64,000 bases of DNA from Chitinophaga pinensis (GTDB lineage: Bacteria > Bacteroidota > Bacteroidia > Chitinophagales > CAMDFR01), in contig CAMART010000003.1 in assembly GCA_945860705.1 (NCBI GenBank), positions 56,643 through 120,642 on the forward strand, in the 5' to 3' direction. Below the pieces are notes generated by a model. It had not been told where the DNA came from. It did not search any database and saw only the letters and a program-made list of their open reading frames with translations. The number at the start of each line of letters is the position of its first letter. Within the stretch, counting starts at the first letter, position 1. Below, piece by piece: positions 9,440-22,654 of the stretch. The position numbers were made by a program, and so were the translations under genes.

Positions 9440-10609
9440 ATGTCTGATAAATATCTACAAAGAGGAGTTTCTGCAGCTAAAGAAGAAGTACATGCTGCTA
9501 TTAAAAACTTAGACAAAGGACTATTTCCTCAAGCTTTTTGTAAAATTCATCCCGATTATTTGGCTGGTGATAAAGACTTTGTAAATGTAATGAGTAGTGA
9601 TGGTAGTGGCACAAAATCTATTATAGCCTATCTATATTGGAAAGAAACTGGCGACGCATCTGTTTGGAGAGGTATAGCACAAGATGTAATCGTGATGAAT
9701 CTAGATGACCTACTTTGTGTTGGAGCTACTGGTCCGTTTGTATACAATTCTATTATCAATAGAAATAAACATAAAATACCTGGTGAAGTGCTCAAAGAAA
9801 TCATAGAAGGTACTGCATCCTTTTTTGAGATGCTTCAAAAATATGAAATCAATTGTCATTTTCTTGGTGGAGAAACTGCTGATCTGGGTGATATCACTCA
9901 AACTATGACTACTGACGGCACCATGACTACGCGTATGCTTCAAAAAAATATTATTAATAATGGTAATATTCAAGCTGGTCAAGTAATAGTTGGTTTGGCT
10001 AGTTATGGACAAGCGATTTATGAAAATGAATATAATAGCGGCATAGGTAGCAATGGGTTGACTTCTGCTCGACATGATTTACTATCTAAAAAATATGCTA
10101 CTCTTTATCCAGAATCATTTGATTCAAATACCAATCAAAATGTTTTATATTGTGGGAAATATAGTGTTACTGACCAATTGCCTAATTTGCCTTTAAACAT
10201 TGGAAAAATGTTGCTCTCTCCTACTCGTACTTTTAGTCCTGTGATAAAAAATATTTTAAATAATTGTGGTGATAAAATAAGAGGTTTAGTTCATTGCACA
10301 GGAGGTGGACAAACAAAAGTGCTACATTACATTCAAAATGTAGATATAGTTAAAAATAATTTATTGCCTATTTCTGACTTCTTTCAGTTGATAAAAAACG
10401 AATCGAATGTAAGCTGGCAAGAGATGTATAAAGTATATAATTGTGGGACTAAATTTGAATTATATACTGATGAAACTACTGCATCAGAAGTGATTCAAAT
10501 AGCCAACTCATTTGGTATAGATGCGCAAATAATAGGATATACTTCAACTCAAAAGGAATCTAAACCTAGAGTGATAATTCAAAATAATGGAGAAGAAATA
10601 GTTTATTAA
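9440..10609 (+). CDS. purM: Phosphoribosylformylglycinamidine cyclo-ligase (AIR synthase), Bacteroidota type
   Basis: YLQRGVSAAKEEVH, DGSGTKS, MNLDDLLCVGA, GGETAD, GSNGLTSARH, HCTGGG. Confidence 0.9.
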   Translation: MSDKYLQRGVSAAKEEVHAAIKNLDKGLFPQAFCKIHPDYLAGDKDFVNVMSSDGSGTKSIIAYLYWKETGDASVWRGIAQDVIVMNLDDLLCVGATGPFVYNSIINRNKHKIPGEVLKEIIEGTASFFEMLQKYEINCHFLGGETADLGDITQTMTTDGTMTTRMLQKNIINNGNIQAGQVIVGLASYGQAIYENEYNSGIGSNGLTSARHDLLSKKYATLYPESFDSNTNQNVLYCGKYSVTDQLPNLPLNIGKMLLSPTRTFSPVIKNILNNCGDKIRGLVHCTGGGQTKVLHYIQNVDIVKNNLLPISDFFQLIKNESNVSWQEMYKVYNCGTKFELYTDETTASEVIQIANSFGIDAQIIGYTSTQKESKPRVIIQNNGEEIVY

Positions 10610-10626
10610 AAATAATACATAAAAAC

Positions 10627-10660
10627 AAAAAGGGATTTATCAATTGATAAATCCCTTTTT
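10627..10660. terminator. Bidirectional intrinsic terminator between purM and lon
   Basis: Perfect 34-bp palindrome aaaaagggatttatcaa|ttgataaatcccttttt between convergent genes. Confidence 0.88.
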
Positions 10661-10684
10661 TATGTGTAAAAATATAATGATATC

Positions 10685-13087
10685 TTACGCCAACACTATC
10701 TTCAACACTTCTTCCATTCTATCTACATAATGGAATTTAAGTGATTTGATATATTCTTCTTTTATTTCTTCTACATCTTTTCTATTCATAGTGCTCATCA
10801 CTATTTCTTTCATACCTGAGCGTTTAGCAGCTAAGATTTTTTCTTTGATACCACCTACAGGAAGCACTTTGCCTCTTAGGGTTATTTCGCCAGTCATAGC
10901 TAAGTGCGATTTGATAGGCTTATCCAATAACAACGATGTAAGCGCAGATAATATAGTGATACCAGCAGATGGACCATCTTTTGGCACAGCACCTTCTGGT
11001 ACATGCAAGTGAAAATCATTCTCTTCAAATAGCTTCGTATCTATTTTAAGTTTTGCTGCATTAGATTTTATAAATGTCAAAGCAGTACTTGCAGATTCTT
11101 TCATCACATCGCCTAGTTTACCTGTAAGTATCAAAGCACCTTTCCCTTTATATTTGCTGGTTTCTATATACAATATATCGCCACCTACAGAAGTATAAGC
11201 AAGACCAACAGCTACTCCACTAGGAGTCTTTTCATTATATAAATTTCTATCATATTTTGCAGCACCAAGCACCCTATACAAGTCTTCACATTTCACATCT
11301 TCTTCATAGGCTTCTTCCATCACTATATGTTTAGCTGCATAACGCATCACACTTGCTAGCACTCTATCCAGCTCCCGCACACCGCTTTCACGAGTATATT
11401 CATCTATGATTTGATTGAGTGTTTTCTTACCTACTTTTATATCTTTTAGTTTTAGTCCATGCGCTTTTCGTTGCTTTGGTACCAAATAGTTTTGTGCTAT
11501 TTCCAATTTTTCTTCAGTAGAGTATCCATCTATTTGTATGATCTCCATTCTATCTCTGAGTGCTGGATGTATACCCGCTAACGAATTTGCGGTAGCTATA
11601 AACATCACTTTAGATAAGTCATAATCAAGCTCTAAATAGTTGTCATAGAAGTTGGCATTTTGTTCTGGGTCTAGCACTTCTAATAAAGCCGAAGCAGGAT
11701 CGCCTCTGAAGTCATTCCCTATTTTATCTATTTCATCTAAAATAAAAACAGGATTAGACGATTTTGCTTTTTTCAATGATTGAACAATACGACCTGGCAT
11801 AGCACCAATATAGGTTTTTCTATGTCCACGTATTTCGCTTTCGTCATGCAGACCGCCCAATGCCATACGCACATATTTTCTATCTATAGAGTCTGCAATA
11901 GATTTGCCTAATGAGGTTTTACCCACACCTGGAGGACCTACCAAACAAAGAATAGGTGATTTGAAATCTCCTTTTAGTTTTAGAACTGCTAAGTATTCGA
12001 GTATTCTTTCTTTTACTTTATCTAAACCAAAATGATCTTTATCTAAAATTTCTTTAGTCTTCTTTAGGTCAAATTTATCTTTGGTATATTCTCCCCAAGG
12101 AAGCTCCAGCAACAAATCTAAATAATTTAATATCACCCCATATTCAGCCGCTGCAGGATTGGTTCTTTCTAGCTTGGCGAGTTCCTTATCAAATGCTTCT
12201 TTGGCATGAGCCGTAAGTTTAGCTGATTCAGATTTTTCTCTCAATCTTTTCACTTCTTTGCTCACGCTATCACCACCCAATTCTTCTTGAATGATACGCA
12301 TTTGTTGACTCAAAAAATAATCTCTTTGTTGTTTGTCAAGGTCGCCTTTTACTTTATCTTGAATTTGATTTTTGAGCTCTAACAATTGCATTTCTTCATT
12401 CAATAAAGTATAGCAAGTATTGGCTCTTTCGTAGAGTTCATTTATTTCAAGTATTGCCTGTTTTTTAGCTAAGTCAATATTCAAATTGGATATGACAAAA
12501 TGTATTAAAAAAGTAGGATTATTAATATTATTTAAAATCGTAGCTGCTTCAGTAGGAATATTTGGTGAAGATTTGATGATTTGTTTTGATAAATCTTTGA
12601 TACTGCTTATCAATGCATTGAAGCCTTTTTCATCCGTAGCTTTCACATCATTTAGTGGGGTGATATTTCCTATGAAAAATGGTTCTTCTTGCACCATCTC
12701 GCCCAGTGCAAATCGTCTATTACCTTGTATGATTACCGTAGTAGAACCATCGGGCATTTTGAGTCTTTTCAATATCTTTGCTATAGTACCTACTCGATGC
12801 AGTCCATCGGGGTTTGCTTCCTCTTCATTGGGGTCTTTTTGGCTGATGATACCTATGATTTTATCTTTTTTGTACGCTTCATTTACGGCAGCTATAGATT
12901 TATCTCTTCCTACAGTGATAGGCAATACTACACCGGGGAAAAGCACGGTATTTCTAAGAGCTACTAATGGTAAAACATTAGCAATATCGGCATCTTTGAG
13001 CATTTCTACATCATCATCACTCAATACTGGTAAAAACTCTACCTCATCATCTCCATTTTGTAGATTCATTCTGTGATTATCAAACAT
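10685..13087 (-). CDS. lon: ATP-dependent protease La
   Basis: LON N-domain, Walker A GPPGVGKT, catalytic PKDGPSAG and GGIKEK. Confidence 0.98.
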   Translation of the reverse strand: MFDNHRMNLQNGDDEVEFLPVLSDDDVEMLKDADIANVLPLVALRNTVLFPGVVLPITVGRDKSIAAVNEAYKKDKIIGIISQKDPNEEEANPDGLHRVGTIAKILKRLKMPDGSTTVIIQGNRRFALGEMVQEEPFFIGNITPLNDVKATDEKGFNALISSIKDLSKQIIKSSPNIPTEAATILNNINNPTFLIHFVISNLNIDLAKKQAILEINELYERANTCYTLLNEEMQLLELKNQIQDKVKGDLDKQQRDYFLSQQMRIIQEELGGDSVSKEVKRLREKSESAKLTAHAKEAFDKELAKLERTNPAAAEYGVILNYLDLLLELPWGEYTKDKFDLKKTKEILDKDHFGLDKVKERILEYLAVLKLKGDFKSPILCLVGPPGVGKTSLGKSIADSIDRKYVRMALGGLHDESEIRGHRKTYIGAMPGRIVQSLKKAKSSNPVFILDEIDKIGNDFRGDPASALLEVLDPEQNANFYDNYLELDYDLSKVMFIATANSLAGIHPALRDRMEIIQIDGYSTEEKLEIAQNYLVPKQRKAHGLKLKDIKVGKKTLNQIIDEYTRESGVRELDRVLASVMRYAAKHIVMEEAYEEDVKCEDLYRVLGAAKYDRNLYNEKTPSGVAVGLAYTSVGGDILYIETSKYKGKGALILTGKLGDVMKESASTALTFIKSNAAKLKIDTKLFEENDFHLHVPEGAVPKDGPSAGITILSALTSLLLDKPIKSHLAMTGEITLRGKVLPVGGIKEKILAAKRSGMKEIVMSTMNRKDVEEIKEEYIKSLKFHYVDRMEEVLKIVLA

Positions 13088-13122
13088 AAATATGATTTTT
13101 TATTTTATATCTTTTCTTTATG

Positions 13123-13174
13123 ACAATTATTATTCCAAGTCAAAAATACTGACATAATTGGTAAAATGTGGCAG
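13123..13174 (-). promoter_or_regulatory. lon upstream region: TGCCA/TGTCA boxes, sigma54-like TTGG-N10-GT, and a TATTTTTG element (13141-13148)
   Basis: Minus strand reads ctgccacattttaccaattatgtcagtatttttgacttggaataataattgt. Confidence 0.5.
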
Positions 13175-13289
13175 AGAATAAAATTAAAATATCTCAAAAT
13201 TAAATATTTGGGAATGCTGTAAACTCAATATTTTACGACTAGGAATTATATATTACTCTATTAATCTTGCATAAAAAAGTAAAAAGTAA

Positions 13290-13297
13290 TACGTTTG
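13290..13297 (+). promoter_or_regulatory. -7 promoter element TACGTTTG
   Basis: Exact TAnnTTTG match 15 bp upstream of ATG 13313. Confidence 0.6.
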
Positions 13298-13312
13298 TTG
13301 TATATTTAACAT

Positions 13313-14986
13313 ATGTCTATTTTTCCAAATTTTAAAATCTTACGTAGGTATCATGAAATAATCCGTATTTTATTTAAGTATGGTTTTCAGGATATCATTG
13401 CAGATGCAGGTTTTTCGTATAGAGCCAGATTTGCAAAAACTTTTTTACCAGATAATATTATTGAGGATATACAAAAACATTCGAAGTGGGAACGCATGCG
13501 AATGGCTACTGAAGAATTGGGCACTACGTTTATAAAATTTGGTCAAATACTGAGTAATCATCCAGATATCATACCTCTTGAATTAGTTGCAGAATTTGAA
13601 AAACTACAAAACAAAGTTCCTCCGTTTAGTACTGATGACGCTAAAAAAATTATTGAACAAGAATTAGGAGCAAGTATAGAATCTATTTTCAAACAATTTG
13701 ATGAAGAGCCTTTTGCAAGCGCATCTATTGCTCAAGTGCATAAAGCAAAATTGATAGATGGAACTACAGTAGTGATAAAAGTAAGAAGACCTGATATACT
13801 AGAAAAGATAAATTTAGATATAGATATAATGAAATTTTTCTCTACCAAATTGATGGAGAATGGTTACTTTATCAATCTAGATCCAGTAGGTATCGTTAGG
13901 GCATTTGAAAACGCCATACAAAAAGAAGTAGACCTAAGACACGAAGGATATAATTTACAAAGATTTACAGGCAATTTTAAAGATAGTAAAATAGTATATG
14001 TACCAAAATATTATCCAAAATATACTACCAATAAAATACTTACAATGGAATTTATTGATGGGGTGCATCCTTATGACAGTGCTGGATTAGAGAAAATAGG
14101 GGTAACTCCTCATCAATTAGTAGTCAATGGTATGTATGCATTGTTTCAACAGATTTTTGAATTTGGATTTTTTCATGCAGACCCACATCCAGGAAATTTA
14201 TTTGCGTTGCCGGGCAATAAAGTTTGTTTTATCGATTTTGGAATGATGGGCACCGTATTAAAAAGTGATGTAGAATTTTTTGCAGATATTGTATATGGAG
14301 TGATAGCTAAAGATTCAAAACGGCTAATTTGGGGACTAAAAAACATTGCAATAAGCCAAGAATTTGATGGTGTAAAATCTTTTGAATATGATGTAGAAGA
14401 TATCATACAAGAATATCATTCATTACCACTCGACAAAGTAAATATCACTGCACTTTTTAATCAATTGATAGAATTGGCAAATAAATATAAAATAAAAATG
14501 CCATCAGATTATTTTTTACTTTCAAAATGTTTGATAACAATAGAAGGTGTAGGAAGAAGAGTAGATCCAAGTTTGAATATAATGGACGAACTAAAACCGC
14601 ATATCACTAAAACTCTAGAATCTGAATATAGTCCTATAAGTATTGCAAAAAAAATGCTCAACTCAGCTAGAGATTCCTTATTCTTAATAGAAAACTTACC
14701 AAATGATATCAGAGATATCGTATCAAAAGTAAAAAAAGGAGAAATAAAAGTAGCTATAGAACATGAGGGTTTAAGTGAAATGACCAACAAGATAGACAAA
14801 GCTAGTAATAGAATAACTGGTGGATTTATTATTGGTTGTATACTTATAGCTTCTGCCGCACTGATAGCAGTAAAATTTCCACCAGTTTATAAAAACATAT
14901 CTGTATTTGGAGCACTTGGTTTTTTGATTGCAAATATTTTAGGCTTAAGAATTTTATATGGAATATTTAAGAATAATCAGTATTGA
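13313..14986 (+). CDS. ABC1/AarF/UbiB-family atypical kinase
   Basis: FIKFGQ, ASASIAQVH, VVIKV, FFHADPHPGN, IDFG; C-terminal TM helices. Confidence 0.93.
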   Translation: MSIFPNFKILRRYHEIIRILFKYGFQDIIADAGFSYRARFAKTFLPDNIIEDIQKHSKWERMRMATEELGTTFIKFGQILSNHPDIIPLELVAEFEKLQNKVPPFSTDDAKKIIEQELGASIESIFKQFDEEPFASASIAQVHKAKLIDGTTVVIKVRRPDILEKINLDIDIMKFFSTKLMENGYFINLDPVGIVRAFENAIQKEVDLRHEGYNLQRFTGNFKDSKIVYVPKYYPKYTTNKILTMEFIDGVHPYDSAGLEKIGVTPHQLVVNGMYALFQQIFEFGFFHADPHPGNLFALPGNKVCFIDFGMMGTVLKSDVEFFADIVYGVIAKDSKRLIWGLKNIAISQEFDGVKSFEYDVEDIIQEYHSLPLDKVNITALFNQLIELANKYKIKMPSDYFLLSKCLITIEGVGRRVDPSLNIMDELKPHITKTLESEYSPISIAKKMLNSARDSLFLIENLPNDIRDIVSKVKKGEIKVAIEHEGLSEMTNKIDKASNRITGGFIIGCILIASAALIAVKFPPVYKNISVFGALGFLIANILGLRILYGIFKNNQY

Positions 14987-15004
14987 TATATCCTATTAGC
15001 TTGT

Positions 15005-15097
15005 GATTGTTTTTTGACCAATCCACAGAAAATCATCTTCACAAAATAAATTCTATAAAATAAATATCAAGTAACTGGATTGGTCATAAGACCAACC
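15005..15097. repeat. REPIN-like pair of inverted short palindromes
   Basis: tgaccaatcca (15015-15025) and its exact reverse complement (15076-15086); right unit contains TTGGTC-ATAA-GACCAA. Confidence 0.6.
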
Positions 15098-15115
15098 AGA
15101 GGTAAAATAATAAGA

Positions 15116-16129
15116 CTATTCTTTATCTATATTTTTTGTATCGTTTGATGTAGTATTGATAAGATCATATTGTTCTTGAATTCGTTTTTTTCTACTATCT
15201 GTATTCAGTGATTTGATGATTTCTAATTCATCATATTGTATTTTGTCATACATAGAAAATGGAGAAAAAGTTTTGAAAATAAGGGGCAGAATATCTACTA
15301 GCATAAAAGCCAAAATAAGCATAAATTCTGTAATGCCGATGATTGGATTCTCCTTTTTCAAAGTAGATAGTACTACTTCTCTTTTGAGATAATCAAAACT
15401 AGTATGTTTATCTATATTTGACTTTGCATTATTTTTTATCTGAATCAATTCATCATTTACTAGATTAATTCGTTTTTGTTCTAAGTCTATTTCATTTTTG
15501 AGATTTGAGATTAATTCTTCTATTTTGCGTGTCCTAGGAAAATTGCCTTTTATATTAGGAATTCCAGAACTACTACCACAAGGCAAATCGAGTTTAGTGC
15601 CACTCTGCTCTGCTGTAAGTAATTTTTCATAACATCTTTTTGTTTCTATTAATTCTCTTAGATTATAGCTTATAGTATCATAAGATGAAAGGTACTTTTT
15701 CTCTTCTATCACTATAGAATTATCTTTATCTTTTATGATTCTTTCTGTAATACTTCCTTCAAAATACATCAATACAAAGGGATGAGAGATAATAATACCT
15801 AGTACAATTGCAAAAAATAATCTTAAATAAAATGTGATATTTTTAAATTCATCTTTGTGATAAAGTTGTTTTCTATGAGTAGAAACAATATATCTATCAA
15901 AAGCGAAAACAATTGCACCCCATACGATTCCACCAAAAATAAAATAGAATTCATGTTGTGCTATTTTATCAATTGTAGATAAGGCATAAGTCATAGAAAT
16001 ACAACCTAATATAGCAGGAATCAATACAAGCGTACCTATCCCTATATGCTTTGTTCTGACAGAGTCTTCACATTTTGCTAATAAATTTTTGTCTGCACCA
16101 GAGCACCAAATAAAAAACGCTTCTATCAT
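15116..16129 (-). CDS. DUF4407 domain membrane/coiled-coil protein
   Basis: FFIWCSGAD, WGAIVFAFDRYIV, three TM helices, coiled region, further TM ending in P..K. Confidence 0.8.
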   Translation of the reverse strand: MIEAFFIWCSGADKNLLAKCEDSVRTKHIGIGTLVLIPAILGCISMTYALSTIDKIAQHEFYFIFGGIVWGAIVFAFDRYIVSTHRKQLYHKDEFKNITFYLRLFFAIVLGIIISHPFVLMYFEGSITERIIKDKDNSIVIEEKKYLSSYDTISYNLRELIETKRCYEKLLTAEQSGTKLDLPCGSSSGIPNIKGNFPRTRKIEELISNLKNEIDLEQKRINLVNDELIQIKNNAKSNIDKHTSFDYLKREVVLSTLKKENPIIGITEFMLILAFMLVDILPLIFKTFSPFSMYDKIQYDELEIIKSLNTDSRKKRIQEQYDLINTTSNDTKNIDKE

Positions 16130-16231
16130 AATTAAAATATTAATATAAATGTATAATGAAATATGTTAACTATTTAGTATATAAATTACATAATTTATAT
16201 AATTATAGTATTTTAACTTTTGATGTTCTCC

Positions 16232-19085
<2,854 letters not shown>

Positions 19086-19214
19086 ATACGAACTTAGTAA
19101 ATTTACTTCATAAAGCAATAATTTATAAATACATTTCGTTAATAAAAACTATTTGGTATATACTTTGTAATACACATATTTATAAATAACTTCGTACTCT
19201 GATAAAAAAATAAA

Positions 19215-21143
19215 ATGAATAAGATTATAGTATCACTTTGTATATCATTTAGTATTGTATTTACGAGCTGTTATAGCCAAGTACAAACAATAAAAAATGT
19301 AGATAAAAAAGCGGCGAATTTTGCAACAGAAGGAATTATATCAATGCGTCAAGGACAAATAGATAAAGCCATTGAATATTTAAAGATGTCACTAGAGATT
19401 GCACCTAATTTTATAGATGCAAATAGCACATTAGGATTATTATACTATGACTTTAAAAAAGATAATATTAAAGCTGAAGAGTATTTATTAAAAACAATCA
19501 AACTTGACCCAAATTACGATTTTAATGTTTATATCACTTTAGCTCAAATTAAATTATCTCAACAAAAATTTGATGAAGCAAAAGAATTTGCTAGTTATGT
19601 TGTAAATTCAAAAGAAGAAAGTGCTAGCGAACGACTAAAAAAAGAGTGTAGAAGAATTATTGCTAATTCTGAATTTGCAGAAGAAGCTATGAAAAATCCA
19701 GTTGAATATAATCCAAAGAATCTAGGTAATGCTATAAATTCAAAATCTGATGATTATTTCGCTGCACTTACAGCAGACGAACAAAATTTATACTATACAA
19801 GAATTGAACACAGTAGAGTATCTTTTCCACAAGAAGATATTTATGAAAGTAAATTTAATAATGGTATTTGGTCAAATTCTATCCCTTTATCTGCTTCTAT
19901 TAATTCCCCAGAATATAATGAAGGAGCAATAGCTGTCTCTCCAACAGGGAAATACTTATTTTTTACTAAATGTGAAAGCCCAGATTGTATTGGGAGTTGT
20001 GATATTTTTTTAGCAAAAAGATTAGGTAGTGAATGGGTAAACCCTAATAATCTTTCACCTATAATAAATACTAGAGGTAAGGAGACACAACCATCAATTT
20101 CAGGTGATGGTAAAGATTTATATTTTGTTAAAAGCACTGCAAATAACAGGCTAGATATCTATGTAAGTCATCTAGATGAAAAAACAGGTTTCGGTACACC
20201 AATTAGTTTAGGTGACATTATAAATACTGAATTTGATGAAGAAAGACCATTTATTCATCCAGATAACAAAACATTATATTTTGTTTCAAATGGTCATCCA
20301 GGAATGGGAGGAATGGATATTTTTATGAGTAAAAAAGACGCTGATGGTAATTGGTCTAAACCAATAAATTTAGGGTATCCTATTAATACTTCTGATGATG
20401 AATATGGTTTATTTGTTAGTACATTAAAAAATACTGCATATATTAGTTCAGAAAGAAAAGAAGGTTTTGGAGGCTTGGATATTTATTCGTTTGAATTGCC
20501 AAAAGAATCGAGACCTGATGAAGTAACATATGTAAAAGGCATCATCACAGATGCAGATACTAAAATGATGCTTCAAGCAAATATTCAATTATATGATGTA
20601 GCAACAGGACAGAAAATAACTAGTATGACTTCTGATGCGAAAAATGGTTCATTCCTTGTGACGCTTCCTATTGGTAAAGACTATATGTGCAATGTATCGA
20701 AAGATGGTTACTTGTTTTATTCAGAAAATTTTTCATTGATTGATTATACAGACAAAGAGCCATTTTTACTAGATATACAACTCAACAAAATCAAAGAAGG
20801 GGTAAGTATAGTGCTAAAAAATATTTTCTTTGAAACTGCCAAAGCCACACTCAAAGATGAATCTAAAACAGAGCTTAATAAATTGGTAGAGCTACTTACA
20901 AAAAATCCGACAATAAAAATAGAAATAGGTGGACATACTGATAATGTAGGGGTAGATGCAGAAAATCTAAAACTATCTGATGCTAGAGCTGTGGCTGTGA
21001 AAAATTATTTGACTGCTAACGGAATAAGTGCTGATAGACTCAGTACGAAAGGATATGGCGAAACGCAACCTATAGCAGATAATAATACAGAAGTTGGCAG
21101 AGCAAAAAATAGAAGAACGGAATTTAAGGTAATTTCAAAATAA
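19215..21143 (+). CDS. OmpA-family protein with TPR, PD40 beta-propeller and carboxypeptidase-regulatory-like domains (PorE-like architecture)
   Basis: TPR helices, repeated NLG..IN PD40 motifs, C-terminal GHTD...LSDARA...NRRTEF. Confidence 0.92.
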   Translation: MNKIIVSLCISFSIVFTSCYSQVQTIKNVDKKAANFATEGIISMRQGQIDKAIEYLKMSLEIAPNFIDANSTLGLLYYDFKKDNIKAEEYLLKTIKLDPNYDFNVYITLAQIKLSQQKFDEAKEFASYVVNSKEESASERLKKECRRIIANSEFAEEAMKNPVEYNPKNLGNAINSKSDDYFAALTADEQNLYYTRIEHSRVSFPQEDIYESKFNNGIWSNSIPLSASINSPEYNEGAIAVSPTGKYLFFTKCESPDCIGSCDIFLAKRLGSEWVNPNNLSPIINTRGKETQPSISGDGKDLYFVKSTANNRLDIYVSHLDEKTGFGTPISLGDIINTEFDEERPFIHPDNKTLYFVSNGHPGMGGMDIFMSKKDADGNWSKPINLGYPINTSDDEYGLFVSTLKNTAYISSERKEGFGGLDIYSFELPKESRPDEVTYVKGIITDADTKMMLQANIQLYDVATGQKITSMTSDAKNGSFLVTLPIGKDYMCNVSKDGYLFYSENFSLIDYTDKEPFLLDIQLNKIKEGVSIVLKNIFFETAKATLKDESKTELNKLVELLTKNPTIKIEIGGHTDNVGVDAENLKLSDARAVAVKNYLTANGISADRLSTKGYGETQPIADNNTEVGRAKNRRTEFKVISK

Positions 21144-21203
21144 ATCTAAAGGCTTGTATATCTATAAATATCATAGTATTTTTATAATCTAAATATAATA
21201 GCT

Positions 21204-21563
21204 ATGATATTTTTTGGAACTAGTAAAGAAAAATCTACAAACACAGAATTAGTGCCATTTGAAACCTGCTCAAAGTGTAATACAAAAGATAGTACTTATG
21301 TAACTACACTCATCAGATATGCTCATTTGTATTGGATACCTCTTGTACCTGCTGGAAAAAGAACTGTTGTATTTTGCAATCATTGCAAAGCAAATTATAA
21401 CTCTACTGGGCTCACTGCACAAGGCAAAGCCTACTGTGATGAATTTGAATCTAAACAAAGTTACCCATGGAGCTATTGGACTATCTCATTAATAATATTA
21501 GCTATTGGAGCTTATATGTTTTTGTCTTTTTTGTTTCATTTTATAGTTAACTTATTTAGGTAA
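21204..21563 (+). CDS. Zinc-ribbon membrane protein
   Basis: MIFFG start, CSKC...YAHLYWIPLVP...CNHC, C-terminal TM helix. Confidence 0.8.
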   Translation: MIFFGTSKEKSTNTELVPFETCSKCNTKDSTYVTTLIRYAHLYWIPLVPAGKRTVVFCNHCKANYNSTGLTAQGKAYCDEFESKQSYPWSYWTISLIILAIGAYMFLSFLFHFIVNLFR

Positions 21564-22433
21564 TTGAAATATTTCTTCTTTTTACTCTACAAAATATTTG
21601 TAAGACCGCTGTCCTATTTACCTTTAGTTTTTTTATATAAAATAGGGAATGTGTTTTATTTTTTTCTGCATTATATTTTTAGATATAGATATGAGGTGAT
21701 TTATAAAAATCTGAGCAACTCTTTTCCTGAAAAAACAACATCAGAAAAAACAGCAATCATCAAAAAATATTATTGGTTTCTTACAGATTTGATGGCAGAA
21801 AACCTCAAAGCGATGACCATATCTGACTCTGAAATAGAGCAAAGAGTCACATATAAAAACATTGAATTGATAGAGGAGCTAGTAGCAAAAAACAAGTCTA
21901 TAAGTATACTCACTGCACACTATGGCAATTTTGAATGGATGCTGATGACTATCAATAAACACTTGCCCTTACAAGTTTTTTCTTTTTATAATTATATAGC
22001 TAATCCATATTTCAGAGACGAAATCATTAATAATAGAACTCGCAATGGATTGAAACTTTTACTTACCAATGAAGCCTATGATTTCTATAAAAATCCTATA
22101 GAAAAAATATATGCAAATATTTTCGCTTCAGATCAATCGCCATCCAATTTAAAAAATGTTTATTGGACAGACTTTTTAAATCAAGACACTGCATTTCTAA
22201 CTGGTGCAGCTCGATACTCTCAAATGCATGATACAGCTATAGTGTATATGAGTATAGCTCAAACATCTCGTGGATACTATGAAATCAGTTTCAAAAAAAT
22301 ACTAGATAATGCTCATGAACATAGCAGAGATGAAATCATGAAACTATACGTATCTGCTCTAGAAACTCAAATAAAACAACAACCAGAATACTGGCTCTGG
22401 TCTCATAAAAGGTGGAAGAAAAAACGAAATTAA
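21564..22433 (+). CDS. Lipid A biosynthesis acyltransferase (LpxL/HtrB family)
   Basis: AHYGNFE, ASDQSP, PEYWLWSHKRWK; TTG start. Confidence 0.9.
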   Translation: MKYFFFLLYKIFVRPLSYLPLVFLYKIGNVFYFFLHYIFRYRYEVIYKNLSNSFPEKTTSEKTAIIKKYYWFLTDLMAENLKAMTISDSEIEQRVTYKNIELIEELVAKNKSISILTAHYGNFEWMLMTINKHLPLQVFSFYNYIANPYFRDEIINNRTRNGLKLLLTNEAYDFYKNPIEKIYANIFASDQSPSNLKNVYWTDFLNQDTAFLTGAARYSQMHDTAIVYMSIAQTSRGYYEISFKKILDNAHEHSRDEIMKLYVSALETQIKQQPEYWLWSHKRWKKKRN

Positions 22434-22468
22434 AATCTAGATACTAGACGCTAGATATTAGATACTAG
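22434..22468 (+). repeat. Five tandem heptamers (aatctag atactag acgctag atattag atactag)
   Basis: Read directly; begins at the base after the stop codon. Confidence 0.8.
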
Positions 22469-22654
22469 AAAAAAACAACTTATTATTTCGAACTTACCAT
22501 AGGATATACCATGATTGAAATATATTAACTGCACCTGCGTTAGAATTTAATACTTTAGGTCAAGTAGTATTTCACCCATGTTATTTCCTCAATTGGGAAG
22601 TGCCTTTATATATTAAGAAGTAAGATTTCAATAATATAAGTTGTAACAATTAAT

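Noticed and set aside
22480-22620. Possible gene remnant between the lpxL-like and XRE genes
   Set aside because: Only short interrupted frames; no family can be recognised
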